A stretch of DNA of 39,848 bases, taken from Eubacteriales bacterium (GTDB lineage Bacteria; Bacillota; Clostridia; Oscillospirales; JAAYXM01). The notes beneath the pieces were generated by a model that worked only from the letters and a program-made list of their open reading frames with translations, was not told the DNA's origin and ran no database searches. The stretch is taken from assembly GCA_045540975.1 (NCBI GenBank), contig JAZQIE010000134.1:1-39848 (forward strand), read 5' to 3'. The translations under genes and the position numbers were made by a program. Numbering within the stretch: the stretch's first letter is position 1; every line of letters begins with the position of its first letter. Below, piece after piece: positions 16,464 to 22,285 of the stretch.

Positions 16464-16778
16464 TTACACCTCCAAAACCTGAATGTATTGTGAGTATTCT
16501 CGTTGGATTTCGAGCAGTTGCAATCTCAGTGCTCCGATTACCTTTTCCGCTTCCGGACAAGGTTTGGTGAGTTTCAACATCACCTGAGCGTTCTTCTCGC
16601 AAACCGAAACATCGGCATTTGCCAAGAACATATCATTGACTGCACACTCGCACAGACATACAGCACTGGTGACCGCGGCACAGACAATATCACTGCCTGC
16701 ATCCGCATATCCGGAATGACCGGATACATCAAAGCCAACAGTTACCGATCCCCGCATAAAAAACTTTGCGGTAATCAT
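16464..16778 (-). CDS. prp: Ribosomal-processing cysteine protease Prp (DUF464 / YsxB family)
   Basis: 104 aa, located between rplU and rpmA. Motifs GHSGYA and DIVCAAVTS (catalytic His/Cys contexts). Its ATG overlaps the rplU stop (TAATG). Confidence 0.9.
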   Translation of the reverse strand: MITAKFFMRGSVTVGFDVSGHSGYADAGSDIVCAAVTSAVCLCECAVNDMFLANADVSVCEKNAQVMLKLTKPCPEAEKVIGALRLQLLEIQREYSQYIQVLEV

Positions 16779-17086
16779 TATGCGCTGATCTTGGTGATCT
16801 GCAGCTTGGTGTAGGGCTGTCTGTGACCCTGGCGACGTCTGTAGTTCTTCTTAGCCTTGAACTTAAAGACGATGACCTTCTTTGCCTTGCCGTTCTTCAC
16901 GATCTTAGCTTCGACGGTTGCACCTGCAACATTCGGAGTACCGACGGTAACTGCTTCACCGTCAATCAGCATCAGCACGTTGTCAAAGGTAATGCTTTCG
17001 CCTTCCACATTGAGCTTCTCGACGTAGATTTCATCGCCTTCGGAAACCTTGTACTGCTTGCCGCCTGTTACAAAAATAGCCTTCAT
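16778..17086 (-). CDS. rplU: 50S ribosomal protein L21
   Basis: 102 aa: [25 protein letters not shown]...[24 protein letters not shown]. Confidence 0.97.
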   Translation of the reverse strand: MKAIFVTGGKQYKVSEGDEIYVEKLNVEGESITFDNVLMLIDGEAVTVGTPNVAGATVEAKIVKNGKAKKVIVFKFKAKKNYRRRQGHRQPYTKLQITKISA

Positions 17087-17168
17087 TTTCTTGCACCTCT
17101 CTTCAATTTAGAGTCTCGCTCTTGTGGGTGCAGGAAAACCTGCTTTTGACAGACCCACTCAATGCGGC
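17087..17168 (-). promoter_or_regulatory. Structured 5' leader of rplU (possible L21-leader-type element)
   Basis: Nested hairpin on the minus strand. The outer stem pairs 17124-17129 with 17153-17158 (GTGGGT/ACCCAC). The inner stem is GCAGG-TTTT-CCTGC (17130-17143). It lies between the predicted promoter and the SD. Family assignment is untested. Confidence 0.4.
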
Positions 17169-17174
17169 TCTGTT

Positions 17175-17203
17175 ATTTTATCACGAAAACACACCAAAGT
17201 CAA
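17175..17203 (-). promoter_or_regulatory. Sigma-A promoter of the rplU-prp-rpmA operon
   Basis: On the minus strand: TTGACT (17203-17198), a 17-nt spacer, then TAAAAT (17180-17175). Confidence 0.6.
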
Positions 17204-17299
17204 CAATATTTTTCACTTTTTTCAAAAGAAAGCCGCGGTCAGTTCCGCGCCGTGGGCGTACATGGGTTTAAATGCCTCAACACAAGGCGAAAATTGTAT

Positions 17300-17333
17300 A
17301 GAAAAAGGATGCTCCCATTATTGGAAACATCCT
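17300..17333 (-). terminator. Intrinsic terminator insulating the rplU promoter from upstream transcription
   Basis: On the minus strand: AGGATGTTTCC, loop AATAAT, GGGAGCATCCT (11 bp including 2 G-U pairs), followed by TTTTC. Confidence 0.6.
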
Positions 17334-17367
17334 CTTTGTCTATCTGATATGGAATTTTAGGCATGAA

Positions 17368-17397
17368 AAAAGCACCTTACATTTCTGCAAAGTGCTT
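17368..17397 (-). repeat. 30-nt hairpin repeat, copy A (downstream of the 57-aa ORF)
   Basis: The plus strand reads AAAAGCACCTTACATTTCTGCAAAGTGCTT. It is 29/30 identical to 17601-17630. On the minus strand it forms a 12-bp stem with a GAAA loop. Confidence 0.8.
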
Positions 17398-17398
17398 G

Positions 17399-17572
17399 CT
17401 ATACTTTTAGTTCTATACCATTTCTTGTTTCTCGTGCGGTAATCGTAGGGATAACCGCTTTGTATGCTTCAAGCAGTTCGCGCCGTTCCTCTGGTGTCTT
17501 TCCGTCAACATTTGAAAACAACACCGTCTGTGCTTCCAATGAAGACATATTGACATTGAACAAGTTATTCAT
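17399..17572 (-). CDS. Small hypothetical protein (57 aa), below the ORF-track cutoff
   Basis: My translation: MNNLFNVNMSSLEAQTVLFSNVDGKTPEERRELLEAYKAVIPTITARETRNGIELKV. A strong SD (GAGGGAGG) lies 8 nt before ATG 17572. The stop is TAG at 17399-17401, followed directly by hairpin copy A. Confidence 0.45.
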   Translation of the reverse strand: MNNLFNVNMSSLEAQTVLFSNVDGKTPEERRELLEAYKAVIPTITARETRNGIELKV

Positions 17573-17600
17573 CTATGCTACCTCCCTCTATTCTCCATCC

Positions 17601-17630
17601 AAAAGCACATTACATTTCTGCAAAGTGCTT
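17601..17630 (-). repeat. 30-nt hairpin repeat, copy B (downstream of the 54-aa ORF)
   Basis: The plus strand reads AAAAGCACATTACATTTCTGCAAAGTGCTT, followed on the minus strand by a U-rich tail. It is 233 nt from copy A. Confidence 0.8.
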
Positions 17631-17631
17631 T

Positions 17632-17796
17632 TTACAAAATCAGTTCCGGCAATTCCTCATAACCGGCTTCTCCGGGTCTGACCAATCTGTCATTGACTTC
17701 GTCATATCTGTACCCTCTATCATCTAAAACGATTACCTCATCTTCCGGCAGATTGTCGATGTTGTCAATGTCTTTCAGCGAATACTTTCTCCTCAT
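17632..17796 (-). CDS. Small acidic hypothetical protein (54 aa), below the ORF-track cutoff
   Basis: My translation: MRRKYSLKDIDNIDNLPEDEVIVLDDRGYRYDEVNDRLVRPGEAGYEELPELIL. SD GAGGTGG lies before ATG 17796. The stop is TAA at 17632-17634, followed directly by hairpin copy B. Confidence 0.4.
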   Translation of the reverse strand: MRRKYSLKDIDNIDNLPEDEVIVLDDRGYRYDEVNDRLVRPGEAGYEELPELIL

Positions 17797-18166
17797 TTTT
17801 AATCCACCTCGAAAGTAAATTCAAACCCATAAGCATCAGCTCTGCATCATATACAACAGCGGTTTCATGCCGGTTAGTGGAAAGGATTTTCTCAGTCTGC
17901 CTTAATTGGGTTTTCTTTTCCTCTGCCCATATCGAACTCCCGCGCGTGCCGGGTGTCCTCGTTTTAGTGCCTTGTTCTTCTCTGCTTTCTCCGTTGTTTA
18001 TTATGCCACCATTTCCACGATTTGTCAACGGTGACGGCATCTCCTCCCGCTGTGCCTCAATGCTCTTGACGGTTGACGGTTTGACCCCTGCGGCTTTGTT
18101 TACCGCTTTGACTTCCCGTTCCGCCTTTTTGGATGCAATCTGTGTTCGGGCTGATTGTTTCTTCAT
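17765..18166 (-). CDS. Hypothetical protein (133 aa), Lys/Glu/Thr-rich; possibly a frameshifted continuation of the MuF-like gene
   Basis: ORF-track ORF. It starts 1 nt inside the end of the MuF-like frame and overlaps the 54-aa ORF by 32 nt. Low-complexity N-terminal half. I recognise no family. Confidence 0.3.
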   Translation of the reverse strand: MKKQSARTQIASKKAEREVKAVNKAAGVKPSTVKSIEAQREEMPSPLTNRGNGGIINNGESREEQGTKTRTPGTRGSSIWAEEKKTQLRQTEKILSTNRHETAVVYDAELMLMGLNLLSRWIKNEEKVFAERH

Positions 18167-18471
18167 GGCACAATGAAGAATCTAATAAACCAGCTCTTTT
18201 CTTCAAGGGCTTTGAGTTCTTTATCACTCCATGCCCGAGGTGCGTCCGGGACATACGGGTGGAAGTTGTGCCGACAGTTGACACCGCCCAAGCCGTCCGC
18301 CCTACCGTAGCCCGTTTCTTTTGTCAAGTCCTCATAGGTAACGCCGTCAATCGTGATTCTTCCTTTACGGCTGAACACTTGACCTTGCCATTTTGCATGA
18401 GAAGGTCTTGCGCCACCGTGTGCGGTCACTTCGACCAAATCAACATCCAGTTCATCCGCAAAGATAATTTT
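18163..18471 (-). pseudogene. Phage head-morphogenesis protein (Mu F / SPP1 gp7 family), C-terminal remnant
   Basis: The frame is open from 18471 with no ATG: KIIFADELDVDLVEVTAHGGARPSHAKWQGQVFS...GLGGVNCRHNFHPYV. The ARPxHaxwqGkvf and NCRH blocks are typical of the end of MuF-domain proteins. Full-length relatives are several-fold longer. Confidence 0.6.
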
Positions 18472-18491
18472 TCAAAAATCAAAATTTATGG

Positions 18492-18520
18492 TTGATTGAT
18501 TTCGCATACCGCGGTATACT
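18492..18520 (+). promoter_or_regulatory. Sigma-A promoter for the DUF1292 gene
   Basis: TTGATT (18492-18497), a 17-nt spacer, then TATACT (18515-18520), about 30 nt upstream of ATG 18552. Confidence 0.5.
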
Positions 18521-18551
18521 AAAGGAAAGAATGTAAGTGAGGTGACATAGC

Positions 18552-18830
18552 ATGAGCGAAGAATTCAGCCCGAACATCGTTGTTCTTACCGACGAAGACG
18601 GAAACGATTTGGAATTTGAGCATCTGGATACCATCGAATTTGAAGGTGACCTGTACATGGCATTTGCTCCGGCAGGCATTCCGGACGATTACGAGGATGC
18701 AATCGAGTTGACCATTCTCCAAGTTACCAAAGACGAAAACGGCGACGAAATCCTTGCATCTGTTGATGACGAAGAGAAGTTGCAGGCAGTTTTCGAAGTA
18801 TTTATGGAAGATGCGGAGGATGAGGAGTAA
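18552..18830 (+). CDS. DUF1292 domain-containing protein (YrzB-like)
   Basis: 92 aa, acidic. IVVLTDEDGNDLEFEHLDTIEFEGDLYMAF...ELTILQV...DEILASVDDEE is the characteristic DUF1292 pattern. Confidence 0.85.
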   Translation: MSEEFSPNIVVLTDEDGNDLEFEHLDTIEFEGDLYMAFAPAGIPDDYEDAIELTILQVTKDENGDEILASVDDEEKLQAVFEVFMEDAEDEE

Positions 18831-19035
18831 TCCTCTCCCCACTTCCCTGCGTTGTGCGTGATGCGCCTTTTTAAACCCACATCTTTTATATGGGATTCCG
18901 GACTTCTTTGACTGATCGCAGGCCTCCCGATGATTCGGACGTTGGAAGCAATGATGTCAGAGAGAGGAAACCCACCTGCATATAAGTGCAGGTTATAAAT
19001 GGGTGCACACGGCATCGGCGGGGTATGAACATTTC

Positions 19036-19061
19036 GGCAAGGCGGTCTCCGCCTTGCCTTT
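19036..19061 (+). terminator. GC-rich terminator-like hairpin in the tcdA leader (weak U-tract)
   Basis: GGCAAGGCGG (19036-19045), loop TCT, CCGCCTTGCC (19049-19058), then TTTCC. It ends 24 nt before the tcdA ATG. Confidence 0.4.
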
Positions 19062-19084
19062 CCATATTCCGAGAGGGTGATAAC

Positions 19085-19798
19085 ATGAGAGAACAGACAT
19101 TACGAACCGAAATGCTTCTCGGTGCAGAGGCAATGGAAAAACTAAAAAACAGTCATGTCGCGGTGGTCGGACTCGGCGGTGTCGGCGGATACACGGTTGA
19201 GGCACTCGCCCGTTCCGGTGTCGGACGTCTCACTTTGGTTGACCACGATACCGTGAGCATCAGCAACTTAAACCGTCAAATCGGTGCGCTTCACAGCACG
19301 GTCGGAATGTCAAAGACCGATGCTTTGGCGGATCGCATTCGCGATATTGACCCCGAAATCTCGGTCACCCCGCTCAATCTGCGATACAGCGCAGAAACAC
19401 GGGAGGAATTATTCTCTCTCAATCCCGATTTCATCGTTGATGCAATTGATCTTGTTACCCACAAGTTAGATCTTATTTGCACCGCAATTTCACGTGAGAT
19501 TCCCATTATTTCGGCACTCGGCACGGGCAACAAACTGGACGCAACCAAGTTGACCGTAACCGACATCTCCAAAACCTACAACTGCCCGCTTGCAAAAGTA
19601 ATCCGCAAGGAACTGCGAAACCGCGGTGTGAATCATCTGCCCGTTTTATTCTCTCCCGAAGAAAAGATAGATGCCGAACAAACCGAACTCCCGCCCGACG
19701 GAAGACGGTCTGTTCCGGGAAGTGTTGCATGGGTCCCCGGGTGCGCAGGTCTGATGCTCGCAGGCGAGGTTGTACTGAGACTTACCAAACAAAAGTAA
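19085..19798 (+). CDS. tcdA: tRNA threonylcarbamoyladenosine dehydratase (ThiF/E1-like, TcdA/YrvM family)
   Basis: ORF is 18986-19798. The start is placed at ATG 19085 (MREQTLRTEMLLG), after GAGGGTG. Rossmann motif VAVVGLGGVGG, NLNRQ motif, and a short size typical of TcdA rather than ThiF/MoeB. Confidence 0.8.
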   Translation: MREQTLRTEMLLGAEAMEKLKNSHVAVVGLGGVGGYTVEALARSGVGRLTLVDHDTVSISNLNRQIGALHSTVGMSKTDALADRIRDIDPEISVTPLNLRYSAETREELFSLNPDFIVDAIDLVTHKLDLICTAISREIPIISALGTGNKLDATKLTVTDISKTYNCPLAKVIRKELRNRGVNHLPVLFSPEEKIDAEQTELPPDGRRSVPGSVAWVPGCAGLMLAGEVVLRLTKQK

Positions 19799-19833
19799 AA
19801 GATCGCCTTTCAAACGGAAAGGCGATCTTTTTA
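19797..19833. terminator. Bidirectional intrinsic terminator (tcdA / sigE)
   Basis: AAGATCGCCTTTC (19799-19811), loop AAACG, GAAAGGCGATCTT (19817-19829). It is flanked by an A-run and a T-run. The stop codons of both convergent genes abut it. Confidence 0.85.
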
Positions 19834-20532
19834 TATCAGTTTCGTGATTTCTTTTCTTAGGCGCTGAATGATTCTTTTTTCCAAGCGTGAGATATAAGAT
19901 TGGGAAATGCCAAGCTGATCCGCAACTTCCTTCTGCGTTTTCTCTTCGTCTCCGTCAAGACCGTAGCGCATAAAAATAATCTCCCGCTCGCGTGGAGCGA
20001 GTTTTGAAAGTGCTTTTCGCAGCAGTTCCCGATCAACATCGTCTTCAATCGGCCGCAGAACACTGTCTTCCTCCGTCCCTAAGATATCGGAAAGAAGAAG
20101 TTCGTTTCCGTCCCAATCGGTATTCAGCGGCTCCTCCAATGACACCTCACCTCTTTGCCCGGAATTCTTCCGCAAATACATCAGAATCTCGTTCTCGATA
20201 CAACGCGAAGCATAGGTTGCAAGCTTGATGTTTTTTGTCGGATTATACGTATTGATTGCTTTGATTAGTCCGATTGTCCCAATCGAGATTAAGTCCTCAA
20301 TTCCGATTCCGGTATTTTCAAATCTGCGCGCGATATAGACAACAAGCCGTAAATTGTGTTCAATTAAAACCGGTTTTGCGGCTTCCGGTTTTTCCTGCAA
20401 GAGACGGATTGCCTCCTGCTCATCTTCGCGGCAAAGCGGTGCAGGCAGGGTGTCGCTACCGCAAATATAATGGATTCCTTTGGAACAAAGTCCAAACTTC
20501 ATAAGCAAGAGCAAAATGCGATTTCGTATCAT
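19831..20532 (-). CDS. sigE: Sporulation sigma factor SigE (pro-sigma-E)
   Basis: 233 aa. Pro-sequence-like N-terminus [27 protein letters not shown]. Region 2 [41 protein letters not shown] overlap with spoIIGA. Confidence 0.9.
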   Translation of the reverse strand: MIRNRILLLLMKFGLCSKGIHYICGSDTLPAPLCREDEQEAIRLLQEKPEAAKPVLIEHNLRLVVYIARRFENTGIGIEDLISIGTIGLIKAINTYNPTKNIKLATYASRCIENEILMYLRKNSGQRGEVSLEEPLNTDWDGNELLLSDILGTEEDSVLRPIEDDVDRELLRKALSKLAPREREIIFMRYGLDGDEEKTQKEVADQLGISQSYISRLEKRIIQRLRKEITKLI

Positions 20533-21365
20533 ATTCCATCCTCCCCGACAAGGGCTTCAAATTCTCCGTTTTTTGAAATGCGATTCGGACTCAATGCAAT
20601 TAAACTGTTTTTGGGTTTTCCGTCGACAAAAACGCGGTCCGGACGAAATGCAACCATGAGCGACGGCGTATTTCCTACCGTGTGATACGGAATCAAGCGC
20701 ACTCGATTTGCAAGTCCAAGCCGTTCAAGCAGATACGGGGAATCTTCCGATTTCGCATGCTCAAACTCCGCATATGTTTTGGGATCAAACAGCCCTTTCA
20801 GCGCTTCCAACTCCACAACAATGACCGATGTTCTGTCAATCGGGTCTTTCACAAAATTTCCCGTATCCACAAGGGCATGAAGCAAGCAGGTTTTTCCGCA
20901 AAACTCAATCCTGACCGTGGCATCACGATCACGCGCTCGCGCCACTCGCCGCAACACAAACGATACCATTGCCCCGTAAAACAACGCCGCAATCAATAAA
21001 CTTGAAAGGCGAGTTGCATAAAGCGGCTCACCGCGTATCATTCCAACCGCAAGTACACAACCGATAAATGCAAAATTTGAAATCAAATATGTACACCAAA
21101 CACGGAGAAATCCTCCGAACGTCTTGAAGCCGAAAGAAACAGCAACGATAAGAAGCGAAATTGCAGCCTTTATCAAAACCGCGGATAGCTCCGCATTACA
21201 AAACACAACGGCAACAACCGAATAGAGCCCGCCAAAAGCCGAGCCCAGCAAAAGCCTCGGTTTGCGGATTGTTGCATCTGCCAATTTTCCGCAGAGTACA
21301 AGAATACAGAAATCAACCGTTCCCGAGAGCAAAAACAACGCATCCAAATATACGGTCGCAACCAC
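20529..21365 (-). CDS. spoIIGA: Sigma-E processing peptidase SpoIIGA
   Basis: 278 aa with a GTG start after AAGGAGG. Five N-terminal TM spans, then an aspartic-protease-like [12 protein letters not shown]. It lies directly upstream of sigE. Confidence 0.9.
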   Translation of the reverse strand: MVATVYLDALFLLSGTVDFCILVLCGKLADATIRKPRLLLGSAFGGLYSVVAVVFCNAELSAVLIKAAISLLIVAVSFGFKTFGGFLRVWCTYLISNFAFIGCVLAVGMIRGEPLYATRLSSLLIAALFYGAMVSFVLRRVARARDRDATVRIEFCGKTCLLHALVDTGNFVKDPIDRTSVIVVELEALKGLFDPKTYAEFEHAKSEDSPYLLERLGLANRVRLIPYHTVGNTPSLMVAFRPDRVFVDGKPKNSLIALSPNRISKNGEFEALVGEDGI

Positions 21366-21485
21366 GGTTTCCCCTCCTTATCTATGAGCAATATTATAGC
21401 GGTTTGGAAAAACAAAATCTGTCACAACATGACGATATGAATAACTTCGCAAAAGCAGAATAAACATATCCCGAGGGGTGATTTG

Positions 21486-21992
21486 ATGCAAAATAGCAGA
21501 AAAAAATTTATGTTTTTCGGTATAATTTTGATTGTTTTTGTTTTAGTTGGGCTTGTCTTATTATTCATTCGTTTAAGCAACACACAAAAGCAAGCAAATC
21601 AGTTCTCGGTCACACATAAGAAAGAGGATTACAAAAGCCTCCTGCAAGAAGTCTTGGAATCACAGATTCCGTTCGAAAAACTCCGTGTTGAAATCGACGA
21701 TAAAAACATCATCCGTCTATCCGCCGAACTCACAAAGGAAAACTTCAAAGCTCTACTCGAGCATTACGACATTCCGCTCCAATACGCCACCCATCTTCTG
21801 CCAAACCGTGTTTCGGCGGAATTTGAATTCAAACTCATCCGTGACAACGAGGAAATGCAAGTATCCGTTTTGCAGCTGTCGGTTGCAAATATCGATTTAA
21901 CCTCCCTTCTCGGCACGAAAATTTCCGATAAAATCAATCGTGCAATCAAAGAGGTTTCAATTTCCAAAGGTTACACACGGCTTTTTACTTGA
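21486..21992 (+). CDS. Membrane-anchored hypothetical protein, possibly YpmS/DUF2140-like
   Basis: ATG 21486 follows GAGGGGTG. One N-terminal TM helix. LRVEIDDKNIIRLSAEL and VLQLSVANIDL resemble my recollection of B. subtilis YpmS (VEIDDDVHVAGKI, VTKFSLGKLSI). The family call is tentative. Confidence 0.45.
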   Translation: MQNSRKKFMFFGIILIVFVLVGLVLLFIRLSNTQKQANQFSVTHKKEDYKSLLQEVLESQIPFEKLRVEIDDKNIIRLSAELTKENFKALLEHYDIPLQYATHLLPNRVSAEFEFKLIRDNEEMQVSVLQLSVANIDLTSLLGTKISDKINRAIKEVSISKGYTRLFT

Positions 21993-22017
21993 CAAAAGTT
22001 CTGTTTTCCGATATCAT
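21989..22017 (+). promoter_or_regulatory. Sigma-A promoter of the valS T-box leader
   Basis: TTGACA (21989-21994), a 17-nt spacer, then TATCAT (22012-22017). The -35 overlaps the stop codon of the upstream gene. Confidence 0.65.
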
Positions 22018-22023
22018 TATACT

Positions 22024-22266
22024 GTTAAATGCGATGACGGAGTTGAGAAACCAATTCCCCTGCCGTCCAGAGAGTCAGGCAACAGCTGAAAGCCCGATCG
22101 GTAGTTTGGTTTCGTGTCCCTCCCGATGCAGAAATGCTGAAATATCCAGTAAGTATTTCCGGCAGGCGCCGTTACACGCCGATACAAAAGAGGGCTGAAT
22201 ATCAGCCAACTTGGGTGGTACCGCGGAAATTTTCCGTCCCATGCGATGCATGGGACGGTTTTTTTA
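22024..22266 (+). promoter_or_regulatory. T-box riboswitch leader (valine-specific by context)
   Basis: AGAGAG bulge at about 22069. Stem GAAACCAA (22047-22054) pairs with TTGGTTTC (22106-22113). The specifier-loop 3' side GTGTCC (22114-22119) contains the Val codons GUG and GUC. T-box motif AACTTGGGTGGTACCGCGG (22208-22226). Terminator CCGTCCCATGC-GAT-GCATGGGACGG (22234-22258) plus a T7 run. Confidence 0.9.
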
Positions 22267-22285
22267 TGAACAAGGAGGATTATTC

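Larger units (their letters stand above)
17399..18471 (-). mobile_element. Degraded prophage fragment (truncated MuF/gp7-like gene plus small ORFs); no integrase or att sites seen
   Basis: The only phage-like coding sequence in the window. It is wedged between the rplU operon promoter/insulating terminator and the DUF1292 gene promoter. The head-morphogenesis gene lacks its N-terminal two thirds and a start codon. Confidence 0.5.

Noticed and set aside
17124-17360. 78-aa and 61-aa plus-strand ORFs between rplU and the prophage fragment.
   Set aside because: They lie antisense to the rplU promoter, leader and insulating terminator. They have no SD and no recognisable family.
18057-18284. A third-frame 75-aa ORF and other overlapping short ORFs inside the prophage remnant.
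   Set aside because: They overlap the MuF-like frame and the 133-aa ORF, with no SD and no recognisable motifs. They are probably by-products of a decaying region.
18885-19025. Short matches to ykkC/guanidine-I-family conserved segments in the tcdA leader (GGGATTCCGG, GTCAGAGAG, ACACGG, GGCGGGG).
   Set aside because: The spacing between the blocks is far larger than in ykkC RNAs as I remember them. The conserved 3' GCCCGGGAGA domain is absent. tcdA is not a known ykkC-associated gene. I treat this as chance similarity unless a covariance model says otherwise.
22211-22285. N-terminal 25-aa extension of the valS ORF ([25 protein letters not shown]).
   Set aside because: The extension runs through the T-box motif and its terminator hairpin. 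The canonical ValRS N-terminus ([11 protein letters not shown]), with AAGGAGGA, starts at 22286.
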